Below are positions 13,001-28,689 of a stretch of 57,493 nt of DNA, piece by piece. The translations under genes and the position numbers were made by a program. The notes beneath the pieces are model-generated. The model had not been told where the DNA came from. It ran no database searches and worked only from the letters and a program-made list of their open reading frames with translations. The stretch is from the NCBI GenBank assembly GCA_963575745.1, contig CAUYUJ010000021.1:62001-119493 (forward strand), read 5' to 3'. Each line of letters begins with the position of its first letter. The first letter of the stretch is position 1. This DNA comes from Prorocentrum cordatum. Taxonomy: Eukaryota.

Positions 13001-13728
13001 GGTGACGTCCTGGACTGCCGCAGTGTCGAACGTGGCGTGCCCGCTCTTCAACACGGCCGCCGCCTCGGTGATGCTCGCAACCATGTGGTCTTCGCCAGCC
13101 TTATACATGCCAATGGCGCCCTCCACGTCGCCGTCGCCGCTGACGGCCTGGGCGGCCAACCAGCAGTTTTTGCAAGCATCGCCGACTGGCAGCTTGCTCT
13201 TGTTGTCCTTCGCCGCCTTGTACAACGCCCACTCGGTGTCCTCGTCCTGGGGGCGGGGGGCAACTTGCTCCAAAAACGGACGGCCCCGCGAGGGCCCCTC
13301 GCCGACGTCAAAAAAACGCCCTGACCTTCGATGGCCCAGACTGGCACAATCCGCCGCCAAGAATTCCAGTGACAAGAATCAAAGAGAAGCCAAAATCCTC
13401 ATCTCCTAATCCTTGCCCCCCGCCCTTCGCCCCATCCATGCTGCCTCCCGCCCTCCCTGACCACCGCCGCCTCCTCCAATCCCAATCCCTCATCCCCCTT
13501 CGCACCTCCCCCCACCTTCACCCCTCCTCATTTTCCCTTGTTCCGTACTTCGGGCCCCGTGTCCTCAGCATGCGTGCCGCAGCAGAAGCACGCCAGGACA
13601 CTCCCGCACTTCGGAGAACCAGGTGGCCCCTTCGCCTGCTTCTTGGCAGGTGAATCGGGCGGGCCCTTGCTGGAGAAGCGCTTGGACGGGGCGGCGGCCT
13701 TGGCGACGACTGCGCCTTTCTTGGCCAT
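10094..13728 (-). CDS. Transposon accessory protein (~1105 aa) of unknown function with a predicted N-terminal C4 zinc finger
   Basis: Stop-free ORF 10094-13375. Predicted exon 1 at 13728-13564 (MAKKG...ACFCCGTHAE) joins in frame via a GA..AG intron (13563-13247) to DEDTEW...ACKNCW, giving CxxC...CxxC. Confidence 0.75.
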
Positions 13729-14144
13729 TGCTGCAGGGTGCACGAGTGGAAGTACAACCTGCAAGCGCCTGGAGGAAGTTGCAGGGAAACACCTGATCGA
13801 CCGCGAAGTCAAAGTCTCGAAGCCAAAACGGCTACGCCACGATGCGCGCCCCAACCGAAGTCGGCAGCCTTAGAAATGTCTCGGGCCTTCTTGGATCTCA
13901 GACTGCACGGGGCGCAACGGAACACGCCCTGACGCGGCCTTGCAGGGGCCCTCTTTGAGCCCTCTTGGGTTGTATTTTTTACCAGGGTTTACGGCCACGC
14001 CACGGGGCCCTCCTTGAGCCCTCGGCTGGTCCCAAAGGCCGCTGAAACCCCCACCCCTGATGGTTCTAACCCCAAGGATGCTTCAAGAGCGGGCCAGGAG
14101 GTCAATATAAAACCATGTGTTGTTGATGAGCTGCTGCCCCCCCC

Positions 14145-14340
14145 CATCACAGGCGAACGCACAGGGACGACACGGCGATTCACGTCTGTCGTACTGTAGA
14201 AGCAAGCAAAAAGAGAAACGACACGGCGATTCACACCGCTCGCGTTGTGGAAGCACGCACAGAGAAACGACACGGCGATTCGCATCTCTCGCGTTCCGTA
14301 AGCACGCAAATGGAGAAACGCCACGGCGATTCACATCAGT
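14145..14340. repeat. Four degenerate copies of (GAGAAAC)GACACGGCGATTC in the intergenic region of the transposon
   Basis: Core ACGGCGATTC at ~14152, 14223, 14272, 14323. Confidence 0.8.
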
Positions 14341-14769
14341 CTGAGGGCCAAGGACGGTGAGGACGACAGGGGAACGCCCCTGGTGGCTCTCTTGGGCCCA
14401 TCACAACGCCCCCCAGCGAGATCCTGCTCCTGCTGCTGCTGCTCCTCCTCGTCATCCATATCCTCCTTGCCTCTCTCGTCCTCCATCCTCTTCGCCCTTC
14501 TGTTCCTCATCCTCCTGGATCCCCGACCTCCTCCTCCTCCTTCCCCTCCTCCTCCTCCCCCTAAGCCCTCCGGACTCGGAGCCGAAGCGCCCCTGGAACG
14601 CCATTGGAAAGCTGCCCCTGGAAAGTGAAAGACAACGCTGGAAAGCGGCCCCTGGAAAGCGAAGGCCCCTCAGGTTCAGGCGCGGCCCCTGGAAAGCGAA
14701 GGATAACCAAGAGACCTGGGCGCGCTGAGACTAGCCCAGCCGACCTTCCCCCAAGCTGGCATTGGGGCA

Positions 14770-15190
14770 AGCAGTTACTTCAGAAAGTTACTTGTGAGCG
14801 CCGAGCTACTTCGGAGTTACTTCCAGAGCTATTTTTCGCAGGCTCACTGCCTCGGCAATGTCCCCAACGTCCCCGCCCCCTAAAACTAACAAAAAAGTAA
14901 CGAAAACTAGCAAAAATGTAACCAAAAACTAACCTGGGACGCCCGGACCCGAATCTCAAAAACTATCCCAAAACTAACAAAAAGTAACTCAAAACTAACA
15001 AAATGTAACGAAAAACTAGCTTTTTCCCTGTTCTGGGCGGCTGCGGGGGCTGGAGGGGGCAGGGCCAACCAGAAACTAACAAAAAACTAGCAACAACTAA
15101 CACCAAACTAACTATTCCAGAAATCGGCCCCTGGGCCAAGGAATCGCAAAAAGTAACTCCAAAGTAAGTATCCTGAGCTACTCCCTGCAG
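14770..15190. repeat. AGTTACTT/AAGTAAC and AAACTAAC repeat block, possibly a nested MITE
   Basis: AGTTACTT repeats on the left, inverted AAGTAAC/GAGCTACT on the right, AAAACTAAC iterations between. Confidence 0.5.
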
Positions 15191-15252
15191 GAGGGATGGA
15201 GGAGGATAGGTTTCGACTGTTTGCCTGGTGCACCCCACCTGCATCCAGCAAG

Positions 15253-20402
<5,150 letters not shown>

Positions 20403-21195
20403 GGCGAGAGGGGGCCCCAGACATCCTCAGCCATAGCGGCTGCTCCTCTTCCTCCTGTTCCTCTTCCTCCTCCTGCTCCTCCTCCTGCTCCTCTTCCTCC
20501 CCCTCCTGCTCCTCCTCCTCCTCCCCCTCCTCCTCCTCCTCTTCCTGCTCCTCCCCCACCCCCTCCTGCTTCTCCTGCTCCTCCTCCTGCTCCTCTTCCT
20601 GCTCCTCCCCCTCCTGCTCCTCTTCCTGCTCCTCCTCCTGCTCCTCCTCCTGCTCCTCTTCCTGCTCCTCTTCCTGCTCCTCTTCCTGCTCCTCCTCCTG
20701 CTCCTCCTCCTGCTCCTCTTCCTGCTCCTCGCACAACCTCCCTACCCAAATGGCCCCGACCGTCACTGGAAGAAAGATGGCAGGGGCGCTCGGGATTGTG
20801 GAGGTAGGGGGGAGGGAGGGAGGAGAAGGAGGAAGAGGAGGAGAAGACGTAGGAGGAGGAGAAGAATTTTGATGAGGAGCGCGATCCAGCACATTTCGGG
20901 CGCTACTACTCCCCGATGCGAAGCCGACAAAGCATCATGCAACACTGACTGCACAACCTTTCCTACGCTCGGGACGTCCACGGAATTTTCAAGCGCCGTG
21001 CTTCCTGTTTTTCAATCACCTACTTATCTAGTTATTTGAGTTCCCGTGGGCGTGCTGCCAGTTACTTTCGCAGAGGCGCTAACCTACTTCAAGTTATTAG
21101 TTTTGCCTTGGTATGGGGGAAAGCGTTTTCGTTACTTTAATGTTATCTCGATTTGTTTTCAGGTCGCTGGGCTCTCTGGAAGAAGCATGTCACAA

Positions 21196-21259
21196 GGAGG
21201 AGGAGGAGGAGGAGGAGGAGGAGGAGGAGGAGGAGGAGGAGGAGGAGGAGGAGGAGGAG
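21196..21259. repeat. (GGA)n microsatellite, right half of the transposon target
   Basis: Pure GGA run immediately after ATGTCACAA. Confidence 0.95.
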
Positions 21260-24200
21260 CACCAGGACCCACGGCACGAGCCGCCGCGCCCAGGGCACGA
21301 GGCCGTCGGCCAGGCTGCCAGCGTGCAGGTCGACGGGAGGCTGCGCCGACCTCTGCACGGCGCCCCACCCCTGGGGGCCTCCCTCGGCGCAGATGCCTCC
21401 CCCATCCAACGGCGGACGGCACTGCCGTCGGAGGGGGCGCACGTGTGGCTCGGGAGGCCCCACCCTCTCATCCACTCGCTGCGTCCAGCCCTGCCGGCAG
21501 CAGGGAAGTGCCATCTGCCGCTGGGTAGGAGGAGGAGGAGGATGCAGAGGGATAACGCCGCGAACAGACGTTCTCCTCCTCCTCCTCCTCCTCCTCCTCC
21601 TCGTCGTCGTCGTCGTCGTCGTCGTCCTCCCCGTGTCGTCCCCCTTCCATGCGTCCTTCCCAGCCTCGACTTCCCTTCGCGTGCCGGGCCCCAGAGCACC
21701 AATCCCCTGTGGACTGTGGACAGACCTGCCCCACGCTGCTGGCTACAGGAGGAGGGAAGATCAGATCACATCCGCCTCGCGAGTGCCCATGACTGGTCCG
21801 CCGGCCGAGCGCGCAGCATGGCGTATCATTGCGTCGCAGATCGCTGTGGGGGCGGCATGACAGAAGGAAAGGAAGATGGCCATAAAGCAAGGAGGACTCC
21901 TGCACCAACCGCCCGAACTGTGGCCTTCTTCTCGGCACGTGCAGGGCCCCGGCGCCGGTGCCTGGCCGTCGTCACGTCGTCCGTGCGACTGCGCGGCGCT
22001 GCGTGGGGGCCACGAGCTCTGGCTTGAGGCGCTGCCTGCCACGCTGTCGCGCCGCGGACTGCTTCGAGGGGAGACATATGGTGCCTCTGGTGCTCGACCA
22101 CGTGCCCCAGGCAGGCCCGGAGGCCCGGAGGCGGCCATGCCTCTTCAGCATCTGCTGCCGCTGCTGCACTCCGTCGCCCCTCTCCGCGCGGCTCTCCATC
22201 GCCCCGCGCCGCGTGCCACGGGCTCTGGGCTCCGCCCTGATGGAACGAAGGAAGGAGCAAGCAGGAAAACGGGGAGGAGGAGGGAGGAGGGAGGAGGGCG
22301 AAGGGAGCGGGAGGAGGACGAGCCTCTGCATCTGCCTGCCCCCCCCGCCCACCCCCCACCCGCCCCACCAGCTCCCCACCTCCCTCCCCGCCCTGCGCGC
22401 GAGGACGGCGCGGCTGCCGCCTGGGCGGGTCTTCGCCCGCAGCGGCGCTCGGACTGGAGGCCTTCGCACCGCCTGGGCGCGCGAAGCGGCGGGGGGGGGG
22501 CTGGAACTCCGACCGTGGAGGGCAGGGGGGGGGGGGACGGGCTGGGGGCTCGACCGGAGGGGGGGAAAGAGGAGGGAGGGCTGGAGGAGGGAGGGCCAGG
22601 GGGGAAGGGGAAAGGCGAGGGCAAGAGGAGGGAGGGCTGCAGGAGGGAGGACCAGGGAGGAGGGGGGAAGGCGAGGGAGGGCTGGAGGAGGACGGAGAAG
22701 GGGCGCTGCAGTCCGGGGGCCGACCGCCGAGAGCAGCTGCCCGTGCTCGCAGGCGGGAGGAACCGGGGGGGCGCAGGGGAGCCCGCGCGGGAGAAGAGCG
22801 GAGCGCCTGGGCGGCGTGTAAAACGACACGAAGGTCGGGACAAAATCGGATCGGGATCACTCGAAATCTCTGAGAATCGGCGGGTTTGGAGGATGTATTG
22901 GGCGCCGCGGCCGCTCCAGAGCGTTCCGGAACGCTCTGAGAGCGCTCCGGAACGCTCTGGAGCGATTTATCCCGATCCCAGCCCTGTTTTAGCGTGGGCT
23001 GGGGGGGGGGGGCCGGGCCCGGGGTGGTGGGCAGAAGTTCTGCGGCCGGCGGCAGCCGGGCCAGGCCTGGTCCGACTGGGATGCCCACGCTGCGCCGACC
23101 CAGAGATCCAACGTATTGAAAAAATCAAGACGGAGGTTTTTCGCTATTTTCGGCCTCGAGGGGCCCTCGCCGGGCCCCAGGACCGCCAAAAAACGACTCG
23201 GGATGAGAAACCGGTCCCGGGGAATGGGTCGAGACTTCTGGGGACCCCGCATTGGAAAAAATCACGACGTCGGATCTCTGGGGACGCACTCCCCGAGGGT
23301 GCCAGGAGGCGGTGGCGGCTCGGCGCTCAGCTCGGCCGCCCGGATGTCGCGCCGATGCGCCGGCCTCTCCAGGGGGCCGAGGCCGAGGAGTCGGCTCCGC
23401 ACGGGGCGGCGGACGCCGGAGCGAGGGAGAGAGAAGGGCCAAGAAGTCGGCGGGAGGAGGAGCAGGGGGAGGGGTACTCCAGACTTCGCAATCAGAGGGA
23501 GGGGGTCTGGACCCTCCAAGACGAGCCATCTCAGACCTCCCCCGTGGGAGAACCCTCCAAAACACCGTCCCCAGACCCCCCCAGGGCCCTGCAAGATAGC
23601 CTGGAAGAGACCCCCCCCCGAAATGAGACCCCCCTCCCTCTATTACGAAATCTGGAGTCATGGAAGAGGGAGGCGGGCGGGAAGGAGAGGCAGGGGGGGG
23701 GCGAGGACAGCCGGGTCCAACGAGCCAGCGGGCCCCGCCCCTCTGGAAAATCCCCTCTGGAAAATCCCTCGGTGCTCTCTCGGGCGGCCAAGTTGTCCAC
23801 GGCAGCGGCGAACTGCCATGGTACCCTCGGCCCTGTCTCCCCTGCCTCACCGTCCCACTCCCTCTCCCTCCAACCCCTCCGTTCCTCCTCCCCCCTCCTC
23901 CCCACTTCCCTCCTCACGCTTTCCCCCCTCGCCCTCTCCCCCTCCCCTTCCCCCTCCCCCTCCCCCTCCGCTCCCCACTCCCGGAGGGCCTTCGCCACCG
24001 TCGCGCGCCTCGCGGTTGTCGCCGCGCTTCTCCCGGTTCCGCTCCTGCTGGGCCTTTCTCATCGCCTCCCAGACAAGGGCAACGGATGGGATCCATAGAA
24101 GTCTGGCGAGAACGGGGGCGAGAAATGTGAGGAGGATGGCAGAATGGAATATGTTCAAGAACGTGTGATGCGACGTGTGACATTTCCTGGTCTTCAGCAG

Positions 24201-24851
24201 TGTTCCGACTATCTCCGGCCTCTTGCTGTGGATAGTTATGTTCGTCTGTCCTGGGCCAAGCTCATGCAGCGATCGAATGTTGATAAGCGCATCGGCCTGA
24301 TCGACACTGGACACCTCCGCAAGAATTGTGCCACCTCCGCGAGTTCGAATCCGAACTCAACAGCTCGAAACTCGGCCATGTCCAAGAGAGGATCAAAAAA
24401 GTTAGCACCTCGGCATCAAGTGAAGCATGACCAGACATTGCCACACTTGTGAAACTATGTGAAGCTGACAACTGAAGTCATAGGCCTTGAAGATTGACTC
24501 AGAGATCTTCTGAACTTGGACGCAAGCTAGGTCCCATCCCCTTCTCCCACCTCCCCTATCTTCTCTTCCCCCTCCGCTCCTCTCCGCTGTCCCCATCGGC
24601 CTGGACAATTCAGACCCGGGCGGTCGAGAGCCCACTATCGATCATCATCGAACATATTCAGGCACGCGGCACTTGACATCTCTGCACCAAGTGAGCTCGA
24701 GCAGCACCTGGTATCGGCGCAGCGATTCCGACAGGAGCAGGGGGAGGCGCACGAGTCGGGAAGAGCGCTGGCGGCTCTGGCTGGAAACGGCGCCTGTATT
24801 GCCGAGCGCTGCCCTGCTGAGCCACGGAAGGCGGCGGCGGCGGCAAAACTA

Positions 24852-25008
24852 GGGGGCCACATGCGAACCCGACCCCTACCCCCTACGATTTCTGAGGGGG
24901 GGTGGGGGTTCACTTCGTTCGGGAGCTCCCGAATGAAATGAACCCCACCCTCCCCCTCAGAAATCGTATGTGGGGGGTAGGGGTAATTAGGTCTCGCATT
25001 TGGCCCCC
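24852..25008. mobile_element. Palindromic MITE family A, copy 2, flanked by TA
   Basis: TA|GGGGGCCA...TGGCCCCC|TA, fold-back around GGGAGCTCCC. Confidence 0.8.
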
Positions 25009-25044
25009 TAAAAACCCCCACGAGTGTATAAGGGGTGAACCTTG

Positions 25045-25435
25045 GGCCCGGGAGAGCCGGGAACGCCGGGCACGCCGGGAGTGCCGGGAACGCCAGGAAC
25101 GCCGGGAACAGAGCTGGGAACAGAGCCGGGAACGCCGGGAACGCCGGGAGTGCTGGGGACGCCGGGAACGCCAGGAACGCCGGGAGGCCGGCCCGGAATG
25201 CCGGGACTGGCCGGCCGGGAACGTCAGGAAAACCTGGAGGACTGCGCCAGCTGGGAGAGCCGGGACGGCTGGGAAGGCCGGGAAGGCCGGGACAGCTGGG
25301 AAGGCCGAGAGGGCTGGGAAGGCCGAGAGGGCTGGGAAGGCGGGGAAGGCCGGGGAAGGCCGGGAAGGCCGGGGAGGCCGGGAAGGCCGGGGAGGCCGGG
25401 AAGACCGGGAAGGCCGGGAGGGCCGGGAGGGCCGG
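25045..25435. repeat. 9-bp minisatellite (GCCGGGAAC / GGCCGGGAA)
   Basis: Tandem 9-mers; source of the spurious collagen-like ORFs. Confidence 0.9.
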
Positions 25436-25819
25436 ATGGCTTGAGATTGTTTGCGCAGAGTTGCAAAGAGTTGGCTTGCACAGTGTATCATATTGATTAT
25501 GCTGTGTTCTGTTATTATGACCGCTTGCGCTTTGAGCATCGGCGTGTTGATGAATCGCTCTCTGCTGCTTTTCCTGTATGTCGCCTCCCTCTTCTTCTCA
25601 CACCATATCTTCACCCAACTCTCATATCCCTCGAGCTTTCATGATTATCTTTCCGTGCGTTTCGCTTTCTGGCGATAAAGAGACTTGGACATGACGGGAA
25701 ATTGACATACTCAATCCGTTTCTATTGGTTGGAAACTAACGGGGATGCGATCTCCACGATGATGTCGTCGCTGGGATCTCGTTCGCCGCGTCGCGCTCTT
25801 CGAATAGCATCGTTTGAGA

Positions 25820-26330
25820 TCACTTGAGTTCGTGAGAGTTGATTCGATTTCATGTGAGTTTTATTTGAATCCCATGTGAGCTTCATTTGAGTTACATCTG
25901 AGTTCCATTTGAGTTCAGTTTGAGTTCAATTTGAATTCATTTGAGTTCATTTGAGTTCATGTTACTTCCACGTGGTATCAAGTTGAGTTCCATTTGAGAT
26001 CCATGTGCGTTCATGCGAGTTACATTTGAGTTCATTTGAGTTCATTCGAGTTCAAGTTGCGTTCCATGTGAGTTCCATTTGAGTTCGTGTGAGTTCATTG
26101 GATTTCATTTGAGTTCATTGGAGTTCCATCAGAACTCCATTTGAGTGTCATCCGAGTTCCACTTGAGTTCCGCTTGAGTGCTGCAATTTGAGTTCATCCG
26201 ACTTCCTTTGAGTTCCATGTGAGCTCAATTTGAAGTCGTTCGAGTTCAGTAGATTTCATTCGAGTTCATGGGAGTTCCGTGCGTGAACGCCATCTGAGCT
26301 CGATTCGAGTTCCATTCGAATTCCATGTGA
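25820..26330. repeat. Degenerate ~10-11-bp TTTGAGTTC(C)A minisatellite
   Basis: Repeated TTGAGTTC motif, AT-richer than its surroundings. Confidence 0.9.
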
Positions 26331-26564
26331 ATGCAAATCTCAGCCCAAGAGCGGAGAGCCCCTGCAGTGTTGCACACATGGGCGCTGCGGCGCCGCGGAC
26401 CCGTCCCGGAGAGCGCGCAGGTGCCCGGGGAACGCCGCGGGCGCTCCCTGCGGCGCCACGCCGCCCGCGGAAAGACGCACACGGCGCCCACTCTAAAACT
26501 CTCTTGCCGGAAGGGGACAACGCGCGCAACTGTGCTCATATTGGGTCTGCAGTGCCGCGTTTGT

Positions 26565-26748
26565 CTGGGTAGTCGAAGCCAATCTGGCAGGCCCAATCTG
26601 GCAGGCCCCATCTGGCAAACGGGGGCCATCTGGCGAGGGAGCCCACGCGAATCCAGCCTGGCGAATAGCCCAGATCATCCAGTTTGGCCAGGCCAGATCG
26701 GCCCTTGGGGCCCAATCCAATCTGACAGTCTGGCCTTCGACTACCCAG
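26565..26748. mobile_element. TIR element family C, copy 1, flanked by a 75-bp direct repeat
   Basis: CTGGGTAGTCGAAG...CTTCGACTACCCAG TIRs; 26490-26564 is repeated at 26749-26823. Confidence 0.85.
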
Positions 26749-26929
26749 AATTTAAAACTCTCTTGCCAGAAGGGGACAACGCGCGCAACTGTGCTCATAT
26801 TGGGTCTGCAGTGCCGCGCTTGCCTCTGAGGAGCACGCAGGCGCTTAGACATGTCTTTGACATCCGCGGGGCCACGCTGTCTCCTGAATAGTCTACAGGC
26901 GTAGATGTTTGAAAAATATTGCTGCAGAC

Positions 26930-28341
26930 GGGGGCGAAATCTTTTCGAGTGCGCCTCGGCGCTCCCTGCGGCGCGGCGCCGTCTCTGGAAAGGCCCACAG
27001 GCGCCGAATTCTGAGTCTCACGTGAATCTTCTGAGTCTTCTGCGTCTTCTGAATATTCTGAGTTTATGTGAGTCTTGCGAACATTTGAGTCCAATATGAA
27101 TATTCTGGGTCTTCTGAGTCGCAGACAGCGTCCTCTGAGTTTTTGTTGACTCTTATGAAACTTTCGAGTCTGGCGGCTTCGGCGCTCCCTGCGGTGCGGC
27201 GCGGTGCTTCGAAGGGCCCACAGGCGCACAAGTCAGAGCACTATTTCTCCAGAAGTGGAAAGCGATGTCTTCGAGCGTACTTCGGCGTTCCCTGCGGTGC
27301 CGCGCCGCGGCTTAAAGGGTCCACGCGCGCGCTCTGGAATGGCCCACAGGCGCCGAATTTGGAGTCTCACGTGAATCTGCTGAGTCTTCTGCGCCTTCTG
27401 AGTATTCAGAGTCTTCTGAGTCTTGCGAACTTGTGAGTCCACTATGAGTATTCTGGGTCTTCTGAGTCTCAAACAGCGTCCTTTTTGAGTTTTTTCAGTG
27501 TCATGAGTCTTTGGAGTCTGGCGGCTTCGGTGTTCCCTGCGGTGCGGCGCCGTGCTTCGAAGGGCCCACAGGCGCACAAGTCAGAACAGCATTTCTACAA
27601 AAGTGGGAAACGATGTCTTCGAGCGTGCTTCGGCGCTCCCTGCGGTGCCGCGCCGCGGCTTGAACGGTCCACTGGCGCGCAATTAAGAAACATATTGATC
27701 GATATGGGGCGAATTATCTTTTCAAACGCCTTCGGAGCTCCCTGCGGTGCCGCGACGTCCTCTGAAGGGCCCGCAAGCGCATAAGTTAGAAACACATTGT
27801 TCCACACGTGGAAAACGTATCCTTCGAGCATCAATCGGCGTTCCCTGTAGTGCGGCGGCGTGCCCTGAAGGGCACGCAGGCGCGCGGAACTGCGCTTCGA
27901 GCGCCTTTCGGCGTTGCGTGCGGCGACACACCGTGCTGTGAACAGCACGCAGGCGCGCGGAAGTGTCGTTCGAGCGCTGTTGGTTGTTCCTTGCGGTGTT
28001 TCGTGGTGTCCTGAAAGGCACGTCCAGAAGGGGGAAATACTCACAAATTGTTCAATTTTGTTTCGCGGTGCCGGGCCGCGCTTTGAAGGGAGCGCAGGCG
28101 CGCGGAAGTGTGTGTTCGAATCCTTTTTGGGGTTCCCTGCGGTGCCGCGCCGTGCTGCGCCGTGCCCTGAAGGGCACGCAGGCGCGCGGAGGTGCTCTGA
28201 GCCGTGCGGCGTTCCCTTCGGTGACGTGCCGTGCCCTGCAGGGCACGCACACGCAGGCGCGCGGAAGTGCATTTCGAGCGCCCTTCGGCGTTGCCTGCGG
28301 TGACACGCCGCGTTGTGAGCTGTACGCAGGCGCGCGGAAGT
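26930..28341. repeat. GC-rich satellite (~75-85-bp monomer with GCACGCAGGCGCGCGGAAGTG / TTCGAGCG / TTCCCTGCGGTG) with a ~350-bp higher-order duplication
   Basis: Recurrent motifs; ~26960-27310 resembles ~27310-27670; the array resumes at 40110. Confidence 0.85.
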
Positions 28342-28465
28342 TGCGGCAGCAGGAGGATTGGGCAATGTTTCCCCTTGAGCCATAACAATAGGCAAATCAC
28401 GGATACACGCCTAACTCGCTACACAACTGCTGAACCTAGTCTGACAAATGTGCTATCCCATCACA
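28342..28465 (-). repeat. 3' LTR
   Basis: Matches 39986-40109 with about 5 substitutions. Confidence 0.95.
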
Positions 28466-28689
28466 CTCGTCGGAATTTCTAATAGGTTCAGCATCCCAAG
28501 AACTGCAACTGGGATAGAAACCCTGCAAGCGGGACAACACAACAGTTCGACAAGGCATCTGCCCCCGGATGCCCTGCAGCAAGGTCCCGGTGAAGTCTAC
28601 TGGAAAAGCAGGAGTCCGACCGGCCGGCCGGAGGGAGAGAGAGGAAGGAGAGGAGAAACCAACCACACCACCACCACCTGCCTGGGCCA

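Noticed and set aside
13247..13375. ORF-track start (MSLEF...) for the 1093-aa protein
   Set aside because: Non-ATG start lying in the predicted intron; the spliced ATG at 13728 is more plausible.
21876..24098. 740-aa plus-strand ORF
   Set aside because: Low-complexity G/C tracts, overlapping open frames on both strands, no recognisable motifs.
25035..25644. Collagen-like Gly-X-Y ORFs
   Set aside because: Produced by a 9-bp minisatellite; all frames are open and repetitive.
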